From the NCBI GenBank assembly GCA_964016885.1, contig CAXHJY010000841.1, positions 1 to 64,000 on the forward strand: 64,000 bases of DNA. Reading direction: 5' to 3'. Shown in pieces: positions 14,792-31,189 of this stretch. A program made the position numbers and the translations under genes. The notes under the pieces are model-generated. The model made no database searches. It worked only from the letters and a program-made list of their open reading frames with translations, and was not told where the DNA came from. This DNA is from Eledone cirrhosa (taxonomy: Eukaryota). The number at the start of each line of letters is the position of its first letter. Position 1 is the first letter of the stretch.

Positions 14792-14795
<4 letters not shown>
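14621..14795. mobile_element. Fold-back family D element in (TA)n
   Basis: Same tail and hairpin as 3117-3318, with deletions in one arm. Confidence 0.85.
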
Positions 14796-14878
<83 letters not shown>

Positions 14879-15611
14879 TATGAAGAGAGAAGAAACATTT
14901 AGATATAATTAGTAATAAAACGTATCATACCTAAATTGCTCCTAGATTCCTCGACTACGTAGTTTCGTGGCATAAACAAAAACAATACATCATAAAGATA
15001 TAGAGTCCTTGCGAGGTCTGCCGACTTATCAAGAGGATACCTCATTTAACTAGTCTCAAGAACGCGTCTACACGACGTGAGAAAGAATCCCAAAAGGCGG
15101 AGGGGGAGATAGTCACGCGATATAACGGTCGAGAAACAGAGCTAAGCCTCTTATAACCCCGAAGAAAACACCACGGAGGCGGAGGGGGTATTTATATCGA
15201 AGCCGTAGAAGAGGTGGTGAAGGAGGCAAGAAGTATGAGTAATGGAAGCTTTCCAGCAGTCCCCCCACTTCAAAGATTGCTCGACCAGAGGGAGTTATTA
15301 ACAATATATTTAGAAACACACAGATACATGCGGACACACACATATACATGAATGCATCCGCACCCAACCGTGAGTTAAGGGTGCCAGCTTCACCGATGTT
15401 GCTCAATGAATGACTGGGACAGACCAATCCGGTTGAACTAGACTGAAGGAGGGTAGAATAACACGGAACAGCTATACAGCAGGATTTATGAAATAAACCC
15501 TACTGAATAGCTGATCCGTGTAATTCTTCCCTCCTTTATTATTAATACACCAGGAACCGCTTAACTAGGAACTGTCTGATAGAAAGCTTTCCGGTATTAG
15601 TTCTGGCACTC

Positions 15612-16046
15612 TGATCTCTGAGCTCAAATAATACCGAGATCAACTTTGCCTTTCATCCATTCCAGGTTGATATACAAAGAACTAGTCCAGTACTGGAGTC
15701 GATTATTCCTCTATATCTCTTTCTCACCTCCTCTCTCTCTCATTGCCCATCCTAGAATTAACCACAGTGTCTTACTGGTACCCAGTAAGTGTTTTTTGAA
15801 ATGACAACAAACATTATTTTCCTATTTTCTCCAACTATTCATCAAGCCAGTGAACTAGCAGACTCCATTAGAATATCAGATAAAATACTTTGTGGTATTC
15901 GATCCGGTTCTCTGCTCATTGAGTTCAAATCCCGCTAAGGTCACGTTTGCCTTTCGTCTATTCAAGGTTGATAAAAAAACAAACCAGTCTAGTACTGGGT
16001 CGATTCTTCCTCCATATCTCTCTCTCTCTCTCTCTCCCTCTCTCTC

Positions 16047-16105
<59 letters not shown>

Positions 16106-16170
16106 TTCTCAATCCTTCTCTGAAAGAAATCTACTGTATTCAGATCTGGAGAGGGTATGAGCTCCACCAA
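15612..16170 (+). mobile_element. Two diverged SINE A-subfamily copies with microsatellite-containing tail
   Basis: B-box and body at ~15615-15705 and ~15860-16010; tail TGTATTCAGA.CTGGAGAGG shared with 34250 and 56335. Confidence 0.6.
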
Positions 16171-16732
16171 ACGTAGTATGTCAGTATGACACCCCTACAA
16201 CCGAATTAGGAATCACGGGACCATATATGCAAATGTATTAACAATTTGAATTAAAAGAGATTAGATTCTAAGAGGAATGGTAAATGGAAATTTTAATGAT
16301 CTGCCTGTAATCCTGGAGCAAAATTACTTCTTAACTCCTCATTTCCGGGAATGCTTCGTTTTTGCAATGCCATGTCCGGCGGACACAAATTAAAGGAAGT
16401 TCTGAGATTCACGAAAGGTTTAACTAACCAAGAAATGGAAGATGCTTGGTAAAAAAAAGATCACAACGAGAATCAAACAGATTGGAACTGACAGAAAGAG
16501 AAATAAAGAGAAATAAACATTTAAAGATATGCGCATGCGTAGAAGGACATCAGCCTTAATTATGAATAGGCAATGCCTTAATACTGGGAAAGGGGCGGAA
16601 TGGAGTTGAGTTTAAAATATGATAATTACATATCATTTTGACCTCCAGTAAGAAAAGTAGATTTCTGATGCCTTTATCGTTAATATAAACGTAATAGAAG
16701 TGGCAGATCTATCTATCTATATAAACACATGT

Positions 16733-16796
<64 letters not shown>

Positions 16797-16894
16797 ACAT
16801 GTGTTTATATTATATATATTTATACATATATATATGATATATATATATATATTTATATATATATATATATCATATATATTTATACATATATATA

Positions 16895-17052
<158 letters not shown>

Positions 17053-17067
17053 AATAAGTCGTTTATT

Positions 17068-17122
17068 ACTGCTATATATATTTCGGTGACAGCCATCTTT
17101 GGTTGTGACCTCTTCAGGCAGT
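17068..17122 (-). ncRNA. Type-I hammerhead ribozyme, family H5
   Basis: Minus strand: ACTGC-CTGAAGA-GGT.ACA.CCA AAGA TGG.TGT.ACC-GAAAT ATAT ATA-GCAGT, then AATAAA; perfect 5-bp stem I. Confidence 0.85.
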
Positions 17123-17379
17123 CCGAATTAGTGTGGTAGAGACGAGTACACATGTTTTTGAGGTGTATAACTTTGTCAATACTCTGATATGCCCAGTTCC
17201 TGGTTGGGTTGTTATTTCACTGAGGAACTGGAATCATATGATATATATGTGTGTGTGTATATACTATATATACATACATATACATGTAGGTATATATAGT
17301 TCTACGGTTCTTATATATTTGATATATATTTATCCTTATCGAGCCCTCTTTGGGTTTTAGTCTTCAAATTTATTATTAT

Positions 17380-19590
<2,211 letters not shown>

Positions 19591-19822
19591 ATATACAAGT
19601 ATGTGAAGACGTTAGAAGATATATACAATATGTAGCAACACATGTATACATGTGTTTGGAGAGGTTTGCTATTTTCAGAAGAACAGTAAACAGATCGTCT
19701 GTTTATCAATTTATACAGTAACATTACATTGCTGCCGAAACATTTATTATTTTGGAAATCTGGACATCTTGATCTCAAGTCGTACATATCTCTCACAAAT
19801 TATTTACAAACTCATACATACA

Positions 19823-19923
<101 letters not shown>

Positions 19924-20191
19924 ATATATATACACACATATGTGTGTTTATATATGTATGGTATGTAATCTATATATACATTTTATATAAATACATATGC
20001 ATATATATATATGTATATAATATATATATATATATAATATGTGTATAATATATATATATATGTGTGTGTATGTGTGTGTATATGTATGTAATATATATAT
20101 ATACATTTAATATAAATACGTATACATATATATATATGTGTATATATCTATATAATATATATATATATAAACATATATATATATATACAGA

Positions 20192-20255
<64 letters not shown>

Positions 20256-20574
20256 TAAATATATATAAAGAGAGAGGGTGAGAGAGAGAGGGGGCGAGCG
20301 AGAGAAGTAGTGAAAAGGATAGGGATAAAAAGTGAGAGAGAAGGATTTAAAGAAATCGATAACAATACTAATAATATATCAATATATATGGGTGTGTAGT
20401 ATGTACGTTTGTTTGTATATATTTATAACATATGTCATTTGATAATTATTTCACAGAACAGACATAGAAACATACTATGTTATGTAAAACTACGAGTGTA
20501 TAGATATTTATATATGTAGATATGTGTGTGTGTGATTGTGTGTTTGAGCATTTCAGTTTATATAACGGGCAAAG

Positions 20575-20862
20575 AGTAAAGACCTCCCTCGGTCAAGAAC
20601 GGACATGGGGTTTGCTCCCAAAAACTTCCCCCTCCGAAGCAAGATTGTTTGTGGAAGACCAGCAGTCGTTCATCCATACCAGTCTCCCCTCACCATGCCG
20701 GCGATGTTGTCTAATGCAAGGGCAATGGCGGATACAGCTTGGCACCAGTGACGTCGCAACTCATTTCTACAGCTGAGTGAACTGGAACAACGTGAAATAA
20801 AGTGTTTAGCAAAGCCCGGTCCTAGAATCGAACTCACAACCTCACGATTGTAAGCCACTAAA

Positions 20863-20865
<3 letters not shown>
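20575..20865 (-). mobile_element. tRNA-derived SINE family C
   Basis: Reverse complement of GAGTTCGATTC B-box and CACTTTATTTCACGTTG.TCCAGTTCACTCAGCTG body; homologous to 50848-51152. Confidence 0.8.
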
Positions 20866-20898
<33 letters not shown>

Positions 20899-20934
20899 TT
20901 AAATATTCATACATTTATATATACATATGTATTC

Positions 20935-20976
<42 letters not shown>

Positions 20977-21015
20977 TTATTTATTTAAATATACATACAT
21001 TTATCTATACATATG

Positions 21016-21103
<88 letters not shown>

Positions 21104-21148
21104 TATACATATACATATATATATATATATATATGTATGTATATATAC

Positions 21149-21216
<68 letters not shown>

Positions 21217-21279
21217 ATATACATATATATATATGTGTATATATATACATATATATATATGTATGTATATATACATATA

Positions 21280-21326
<47 letters not shown>

Positions 21327-21734
21327 GTATACCTATATTCATATATCTATACAGATAGAGATATGGTTATATAATATAATATAAATCATAACAGTATTTC
21401 TACCTACCAAACTGTTAAGTTGTTGTTTCACGCACATACATACACACAACCATATACACAGACATACACACACATACACAGACACACACAAACATTCACA
21501 TACACACAAACATTCACATACACACAAACATATACACATACACACATATCCCCCTATAGACACACACACACACACCACAAAAGCAGTAAGTATGTTTAAC
21601 AGACTGAAACCAATTCAATTATTTTCCTATAAACTACAAAAATGAGAAAATGACATAACAGTTATTTTGTACGGAAAATATAATTTAAAATTGATTGAAT
21701 TCCTTTTCTACCTGCTGGCCTTTTGTTCATTTAG

Positions 21735-22335
21735 TTGTTGTTGTTGTTATGGCTGTTGTCGTGGTTGTTGTAGCTGTTGTTTTGTTGTTGTTGTTATGGT
21801 TGTTGTTGTGGCTGCTGTTGTTGTTGTTGGTGTTACTGTTGTTGTTATGGTTGGTGTTGTTGTGGCTGTTGTTGTTACTGTTGTTATGATTGTTGTTGTG
21901 GCTGTTGTTGTTGTGGTTGTTGTTGTTGTGGTTGTTGTTGTGGTTGTTGTTGTTGTGGCTGTTGTTGTTACTGTTGTTATGATTGTTGTTGTGGCTGTTG
22001 TTGTTGTTGTTGTTGTTGTTGTGGTTGTTGTTGTTATGGTTGTTGTTGTTGTGGCTGTTGTTGTTATGGTTGTTGTTGTGGCTGATGCTGTTGTTGTTGT
22101 TGTTGTTACTGTTGTTGTTGTTGTTGTTGTTGTTGTTATGGTTGTTGTTGTGGTTGTTGTTGTTATGGTGATGTTATTGTTATCGTAGTTGTTGTGACTG
22201 TTGTTGTTGTAGTAGTTGTTGTAAAGATGATGTTTCTGTTACTATTGTGGCTGGCGTTTTGATCATTCAGTTGTTATGGCTGTTATTACGGCTGTTGTTA
22301 TGGCTATTGTTATTACTGTTGTTGTGGCTGTAGAT
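21735..22335. repeat. Degenerate (GTT)n microsatellite
   Basis: Direct inspection. Confidence 0.95.
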
Positions 22336-23729
22336 GTAGTTCTTACTGTTGTTGTTACTGTTATTGCTGTTTCTCCTTTTGTTGTTATTGTTGTGCTTAT
22401 TTTACTATTGCTACTGCGGCAGTTATTGCTGTTATTTTTGTTGTTATTTTAAATGTAGTAAGATTCGCTGTGGGGGGCTAATAAGGCAAAATCTTAACCG
22501 CAATTGTCATCCTACATACCAAGGATCAGATTCATAATCCACTGCATATCTCAAATAAATATTTTCTTTCAGATGATATTTAAAAAGTTCTCTCCATTGT
22601 CTATTTCCATCATAATTGTCATTGAAACCATTAGGTTTAATAAAACATTTCTTCTCAAATTCAGTTGGTGTTCCTCATTTCCTCATTGAAGAAGATGTAA
22701 AGACGTGGATAGGTTTGTGGCACCAGTTCTATCAATACACTGCATTGATAAATATGTTAGAAGCTACAGAACTTATATATTTCGTCGACTAAATTTTGAT
22801 AAATTGGTAACTGGAAATCATTCGGCTATTCTAAATACAATATAGAAAAGGAAGGGAAACGCAAGAGCTCTAAGGTCACAGAAGAAAGGGAAGGGGGAAA
22901 AGGGATGTGTTCTGGGCCTAGGGTGCGGCTTTGTTGGGGCTGCAGCCCGCGAGTAGAACCGCTAAAGCATTTCCGCGAACAATGGCCAGCGATACCCGCT
23001 GCAACAGCCACCCCACCTCGCGGAGGCGAGCTCCTTCCTCAGACGGACTGCTAACGTTCCGATCTTGCAGAGGTCTTCGGCAGTACGGGGTTACAAGTAG
23101 TACGCCTGAGGTCACGACGGCGGCGACCGTTGCGGAGAGGAAGAGGAAGCGGCCAGATAACTTCCTCCTATGCATTCGTTATTTTCCTACATTTAACAGT
23201 TTTCAATATAGTTTGGCAGTTGTATCCATGTTCAGGAATTTGCTCATTAAAATGCTATCGACATAGTTTCTACAGCTGCATGCGACATTGATGGATTTTT
23301 TTCTCCTGCTAAATAGCAATCGGGAGTTGTGTCTGCCTAAGAAAGCTGGCTTGATTAACGACAAGAAATTTCACGCAAGGTTAACTGAAGTATTTCTACT
23401 GAAAGGAAGGTTGAAGGATGATATTAAACTTTCTAGGCAGGATGAAATGTTGATATAGGTGTCCAGTGTAACTGAAATATTTTCCATATATAAGCATAAA
23501 AACATATTCTTATGGGGAATGGAAGGAAACCACAGCCAAATAAGGTGTTCAATATATTAGTAGAGAAGATACATATATAGTTGTTGTTTTTGGGGTTTTT
23601 TTTCATATAGAATTAGAAATATCTTCTACGTGATTAGAACTGTTTCATTCCTTTGAAATCATACCTGATGATTTCAAACTAATGAAATAGTTCTAAACCT
23701 GTCGAAATCTCTCTCTCTCTCTCCCTCTC

Positions 23730-23760
<31 letters not shown>

Positions 23761-23765
<5 letters not shown>

Positions 23766-23935
23766 AAAAGTAAACAGAAATCACAACATAAACGGTACAG
23801 TATAAGGAAGGAATATATTAGTTTAACGCTTGAAATAGCATGAAGAGGGTCTTAACGTTTCGGACGCTATTCTTTAATCAGAAAAAAAGATGGAGAAGCT
23901 AGAAAGATTCAGGATGGATTCAGTTTGAAATTAGT
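23761..23935 (-). mobile_element. Family H2 element with degenerate HHR (23850-23885)
   Basis: Minus strand: CTGATTA-A-AGAA TAGC GTCC-GAAACGTT-AAGA. Confidence 0.65.
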
Positions 23936-24129
23936 TAGACCATCACTCAAGAGAGTATTCGATATTTGGGGTAGTAGAGTATGGTTACATTATAAAGTGT
24001 CGTGGCGAAACGGCTGAGCTCTTGCCGTTTCAACGGTTAGTTCCAGACTGGGCGGTTTACTGGCCAGTAAATCACCTAAGCCCTTCGGCAATTAGTCTGG
24101 AACTAGTTGTGGAAAGGGCAAGAGCTCAG
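23936..24129. mobile_element. Diverged fold-back family D element with structured ~45-nt loop
   Basis: CTGAGCTCTTGCCGTTTC...GAAAGGGCAAGAGCTCAG arms; GGGTAGTAGAGT tail. Confidence 0.65.
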
Positions 24130-24183
24130 GATATATAATACGATATATTAACAAATGGAAACTATATTTATAAAACCATATTT

Positions 24184-24246
24184 ATTTCATTATACATATT
24201 TCAAGGACACCAAGTTAAATTATGGTGTGCTTTCATCAGATAAAAT
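24184..24246 (-). ncRNA. Type-I hammerhead ribozyme, family H1
   Basis: Minus strand: ATTTTAT-CTGATGA-AAG.ACACCA..TGGTGT.CTT-GAAAT ATGT ATA-ATGAAAT. Confidence 0.8.
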
Positions 24247-24393
24247 ATAATATAGATCAGTTTTATAAATAAATATTGACATACCCTTAAAGAATGCGAC
24301 CATTTCTGTTGGAAGCTCCCGGATAGTCCAACAGAAATGGTCGCATTCTTTAAGGGTATGTCAATATTTATTTATAAAACTGATCTATATTAT

Positions 24394-24456
24394 ATTTTAT
24401 CTGATGAAAGCACACCATAATTTAACTTGGTGTCCTTGAACTATGTATAATGAAAT
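24394..24456 (+). ncRNA. Family H1 hammerhead with GAAA>GAAC change
   Basis: Mirror copy of 24184-24246. Confidence 0.6.
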
Positions 24457-24589
24457 AAATATGGTTTTATAAATATAGTTTCCATTTGTTAATATATCGT
24501 ATTTTTACTCCAATAAGATGTTGAGTGCTTTATATCAGTTATAAAAATATTTTCTTGTTGTATCCCAACAATTTAAATAGAACTTCTAC

Positions 24590-24667
<78 letters not shown>

Positions 24668-24766
24668 AGGGAGTGTAACTTGGAGTTACTGTAGATTCAC
24701 TCGAGTGAGCACTCGATGTTTAGGTTCACTTCTGTGATGAGGTGTAGAGCTATACAGAGTGTATTG

Positions 24767-25048
24767 TAGTGAAAAGATAACAAGGACGATTGGTTACTCC
24801 TTCATTACATTTATTGGTTGGTGACGCGCGTTGCGCCACTGATCAGCTCAAGGTTCGATCTGTATCGATCTTACCCGACTCTGTAATCTGTAGCTCGACG
24901 GACCCCTTGAAATGCTAGGTGGTCCGTCGAGTTGCAGATTACAGAGTCGGGTAAGATCGATACAGATCGAACCTTGAGCTGATCAGTTGTGCAACGCGCG
25001 TCACTAACCAATAAATGTAAGGAGTAACCAATCGTCCTTGTTATCTTT

Positions 25049-25054
<6 letters not shown>
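24767..25054. repeat. Palindrome (~135-bp arms) with a non-canonical HHR-like fold in each arm
   Basis: GGTGGT-CCGTCGA-long stem II-GCAAC GCGC GTC-AC(C/T)AACC-AATAAA; similar to the 29.7-30.0 kb element. Confidence 0.85.
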
Positions 25055-25116
<62 letters not shown>

Positions 25117-26054
25117 TATATATATATAAATGTATATGCATATACATTTATATGTCTCTATAGAATGTTTGTGTTTGCATATATATGCATACATAAACAT
25201 TTTATAAAGACATATAAATGTATATGCATATATATATATATATATAAATTTTATATAGACATATAAATGTATATATGCATATATATATATATAAATTGTA
25301 TATAGACATATAAATGTATATATATATATATAAATTTTATATAGACATATAAATGTATATATATATATAAATTTTATATAGACATATAAATGTATATATA
25401 TATATATATGTATGTATATATATATATATATGTATGTATATATATACATACATACATATATATATATACATACACACACATACACACACACACACACACA
25501 CACCCATACACACACACACGTCCACACACACACCCACACACCCAGAGATTCATATGCATGCTGCGATGCTGCAAACCAAATCGCATTATTCAATGAAAGG
25601 GAAATGAAAACCTATATTAAATAAAGCCGAATCATGTTTTCCTAGAAAGCAGCTCAGTTGGTGGGGGACTAGATTCATTGATTATTAAAAGGGGGGACGT
25701 TTCAGTTATAGTATTACAGACTGTATTACAGTCGTTCTTATCTAATATTCCTTTGCTATTGTGTTTTTTTTTATATTCTCCTTTATTAATCTTCAGTTCT
25801 CATAAACTTTTCCACATACGTGCGGAGAGTACACCACATGCATACTCACACATATATGTGTGTGTGTCTGCGTGTATATATATATGTATATATGTATGTG
25901 TATATGTATAGTGTTTATATGTATGTATATATATACACATATATATATAATGTATTTTTTTTTAGGAACGATCGACTTTCGTCAAATCGGACCGAGGAAA
26001 CAATGTTTCCATTGGTCTTTCCAATTGCTAATACTATCTATCGGTCGCAACTCC

Positions 26055-26153
26055 AGGTAGAAGGAGCAACGTGAAATAAAGTGTCTTGTTCAAGGACATA
26101 ACGCATCGCCTGGTCTGAGAATCGAACTCACAAACTCACAACCACATGCCTTC
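26055..26153 (-). mobile_element. SINE family C, 5' fragment
   Basis: GGAGCAACGTGAAATAAAGTGTCTTG.TCAAGGAC...GAATCGAACTCAC. Confidence 0.75.
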
Positions 26154-26242
26154 ACCAATAATGTATATAATATGTATATAATGTATATATGTATATAATA
26201 TATGTGTGTGTGTACATATATTTATAACTATATATAAATCTT

Positions 26243-26680
<438 letters not shown>

Positions 26681-26683
26681 GCA

Positions 26684-26735
<52 letters not shown>

Positions 26736-26820
26736 CATATATACATACATATATATTTATTCAGGTTTGCGGTTCACCACGTGATAGAGCTGGTCAATTC
26801 CGTATGGTCAGTCTTAACAT

Positions 26821-27201
26821 AATAATTGTTTCTACTTTAGGCACAAGGCCAGCAATTACCCAGTGCATTACTGGTACTTTATTTTATCGACCCCGTAAGG
26901 ATGAAAGGCAAAGTCAACCTCGGCAGGATTTGAACTCAGATCGTAAAGGGACGTAACTATGGTGGAAAGCATGGCGTCCGACCCTCTACTGATACTGCCA
27001 ATCCAATGTAATAATTGTTTCTACTTTTTGGCACAAGGCCAGCAATTGTCCAGTACATTACTGGTACTTTATTTTGTCGACCCCGTAAGGATAAAAGGCA
27101 AAGTTAACCTCGGCAGGATTTGAACTCAGATCGTAAAGGGACGTAACTATGCTGGAAAGCATGGCGCCCGACCCTCTACCGATACTGCCAATCCACCGCC
27201 C
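26821..27201 (-). mobile_element. Two tandem SINE family A copies (26821-27005, 27008-27201)
   Basis: Two near-identical head-to-tail units with A and B boxes. Confidence 0.9.
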
Positions 27202-27580
27202 TTAATCTTAATGTAATAATATGGAGAGTACATACATATATATATATATTCACTGTTCAATAATTTACTTAACTTAAATAATCTATCGTTTACTCTGTCC
27301 TCTCTTTACAGTATTGTACAATATACACCTACTGATTGCTACTCAGTCTATTATTCCTTTATATCTTATAACAGAAGTTTTTGGTGTAAGCGGTTGGAAG
27401 CGGTGTAGTTGGATCCAGAACTTTCTATTGTGAACTTCTCTCTCTATAGCTTTCAGTCTGCATGTAAACATGTTCTCATTTAAAGCTAACTAATTTATAA
27501 ATCTATGAATGAATGTATGTATGTATGATGTACGTATGCCTGTGTGTGTGTGTGTTTGTGTTTGTATGCATATGCGCATG

Positions 27581-27797
27581 CTGCAGCTCAGTAGTTACCG
27601 ATTATGTTGATCTTTTCTTCTTTTCGGGTTATAGCTACTGTCGCTCAGAGAGTGGGATTGGCTCAGTGCACAGTCTTTCCTCACTTCTTTAAAAAGTATC
27701 TTCACGCACAGGCATTGCATGATAGAATTAATTAATAATTATTAATAATGGTATATCGTGCAATGGCCATACTCGATAAGGAGAGGGAAGCCATCAT
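27581..27797 (+). mobile_element. Repeat family B subfamily fragment, inverted relative to 26343-26543
   Basis: Reverse-complement match over ~200 bp. Confidence 0.75.
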
Positions 27798-29216
27798 GTG
27801 CGTATGTACGTATGTAAGTCTGTATGTATGTATGAGTGTGTGTATGAGCGTGTGTATGTATGTATGTGCGTGTGTCTATGTTATGAGAATATTATCATCT
27901 ATATATATATCTTATGAGGATATATATAATCTATATATATATATATATGTGCGTGCGTGTGTGTGTGTGTGGGGGGGGGGTGTCTGTGTGTATGAATATA
28001 GTGTTTGTGTATGTGTGTTTGTATAATTTGTATAGTTACGTCTGTTTAGACGAATGTGTCTGTCTACATGTAAAGGTAGACATGCTATCTATACATAATT
28101 TAATATGTCCCATTCTTTCTCAGGCATATATACAAGTGTACGTTTGTAATGGCTTGTTTGTCTGTATGTGTGTTTATGTTTGTGTCTGTGTATGTGTGTT
28201 TATGTGTTTGTGTGGGTGTTTATGCCTTTGTAACTTACTCTATATACAGTCATGTGACTCACTCTTACTTGACTTTAAAGTACTATATTTGAGTGTTTCA
28301 TAAATGTAGTTTTAGTTGGGTGGGTTACTAATGAGTGATATGTAGCGTCCATTAAACAACGATATAGAAACATTCTATATAAACTCTAGGGAAATTAACT
28401 ACGAGGCTGGTCGAATGTCCAGAATCATACTTCAATATTTCATATAGCAACATTTGTTATGTATTTCCAGAAACTAAACAAAGTATGATAATATCGAATC
28501 AATAATTTACCAACATTTGCAACTGAGTTTTACAGCCTAATGGCTTTCGAAAGATTTTTCAGGAGAGAGAAAAAAAAATATTAATCTAAAAAGGAAATCG
28601 TTATCAAAACTATACGTCATTTCTTTTTTTAAGAATTATTTTCTTTTAAAGGAAACAGTTTTGTAATGTAAATCTATATAATGAAAAGAATAAATTATTT
28701 AACAACTGAACGAATTAAAGATTTGTATTTAGTGAATAAATACATCTACATGTTTCTTATACAGTTAAATGTGTAGCTTGCAATACCGGTTTCAATTCCT
28801 TCTGTGAGCCTATAGAGGGCGCTTCAGCACTACCACAGTATAATCACTCGTTATCCGACTAAAATGAGAATACACACGTATATCCACAAATTATTTCAAA
28901 ACTACACCGTTAATAATTGCTTAAAGGAAAGAACAGATCCCTTTAACTGCTACCCGCACATGCCCAAAACTTTCTTTAAAAACTGGACAAATCCCAACTA
29001 AGTAGCTCCCCACCGTCACACGCATAGCAGCAACTTTGTTCAAGTAATAAATAACTGTATAACACAACTTGTCCCTCGGAATACACAATCTTGATAAGGA
29101 GCAAGATTCTGAAACAATTGTCGATTTTTTCTCTCAGCTACCGCTGGAACAAAAGGTTGACGTTATCATCTAACAAGTGGAGTTTATGAGACTGTTTGCT
29201 TACAAACAGACCGAAT

Positions 29217-29722
<506 letters not shown>

Positions 29723-29763
29723 GAAAACGAAAAATCAGTGATGCATCGGAACTTAATTTATTG

Positions 29764-29853
29764 CGTATTACAATTGTTTCCCCGGCGAACGGCTCGAGGT
29801 GCGATCTGTGTGTGGATCGACCTGACTCTGGATTCACAGGTTCTTCAGACACG
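29764..29853 (-). ncRNA. Hammerhead ribozyme with extended stem II, family H6
   Basis: Minus strand: CGTGT-CTGAAGA-A-CCTGTGAAT...GTTCG.CGGG-GAAAC AATT GTA-ATACG, then AATAAA. Confidence 0.75.
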
Positions 29854-29894
29854 TCTATTGATCCAGAAAGAGGATCTGCTCCGAAATCAATAGC

Positions 29895-29984
29895 CGTGTC
29901 TGAGGAACCTGTGAATCCAGAGTCAGGTCGATCCACACACAGATCGCACTTCGAGCCGTTCGCCGGGGAAACAATTGTAATACG
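29895..29984 (+). ncRNA. Hammerhead ribozyme with extended stem II, family H6
   Basis: CGTGT-CTGAGGA-A-CCTGTGAAT...GTTCG.CGGG-GAAAC AATT GTA-ATACG; AATAAA at 29986. Confidence 0.75.
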
Positions 29985-30130
29985 CAATAAATTGAGTTCC
30001 GATGCATCACTGATTTTTCGTTTTACATTCTATCATACTCTGCTCCGTAGGAGCGTAGAGTGCTCAACCGGCATACCACCTATGGAACCATCTTAGCTAC
30101 CATTAGACATTATATATATATATATATATA

Positions 30131-30623
<493 letters not shown>

Positions 30624-31007
30624 GTAATAAGGATATTTATATTTATATATGTTTATTACAACTATAAATATGGAGGGTAGTACTAAGTATTAACCGGTCA
30701 CTTCCCTCTGGAAGAAACAATTGTCAGCAAGTAAAAGTATCAATATATAGGAACAGTAAATATTCAAATATTCCTTCTGGAAATATTTTTTCTTGAAATT
30801 CCAATAATTTAACACTTTATCTCAACATCCTATTTTCTGGTTAAGATAATTCTGTCATTATTTAAGCAGATTTACACGAGATTATTTCTACTGTAATTCT
30901 ATCCCCGTTATGAATATTCATCTAGCGAGGAAATATATAGTCTGTTATAAGAAATAGATCAGAATCTCTCTCGTTCTACTGTACTAACCAGTTACTTCCT
31001 TCCTTTT

Positions 31008-31188
31008 TCTCATCCCATCTTCTTATCTGAGTGTCAGGGGTCATGGGACTTATGGACCAGCAACTCTCCATCTTTTCCCGTCTCTTGCCATTGTTGCAAA
31101 CATTCCCGCAAACTCCTTCCTGTCCATTCCCTAATATCATCTGTCCATCTCCTTTTCTGTCGTCCCCTGGCCTTTTTCCCCTGTATTC
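31008..31188 (-). pseudogene. 3' end of an RTE-type LINE
   Basis: Minus strand translates IQGKKARGRQKRRWTDDIREWTGRSLREC, a typical RTE C-terminus. Confidence 0.75.
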
Positions 31189-31189
31189 A

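Larger units (their letters stand above)
24137..24503. repeat. Near-perfect palindrome (~177-bp arms, 13-nt loop) carrying family H1 HHRs on both strands
   Basis: Centre CTGTTGGA-AGCTCCCGGATAG-TCCAACAG; the right arm continues as a single-copy tail to (TA)n at ~24590. Confidence 0.95.
29715..30033. repeat. Near-perfect palindrome (148-bp arms, 23-nt loop) carrying family H6 HHRs on both strands
   Basis: Arms 29715-29862 and 29886-30033; single-copy tail to 30110; (TA)n on both sides. Confidence 0.95.

Noticed and set aside
15000-15549. Possible solo LTR (TATA-like box, AATAAA, ends in CA)
   Set aside because: No clear TG start, TSD or second copy
22573-22712. Plus-strand exon candidate with good acceptor and donor sites
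   Set aside because: Stop codons in all three frames and no neighbouring exons identified
28780-28830. Minus-strand CTGAAGC...GAAACCGGTA, and CTCF-like TAGAGGGCGC (also at 2585)
   Set aside because: Stems I and II do not form convincingly; the CTCF match is partial and unsupported
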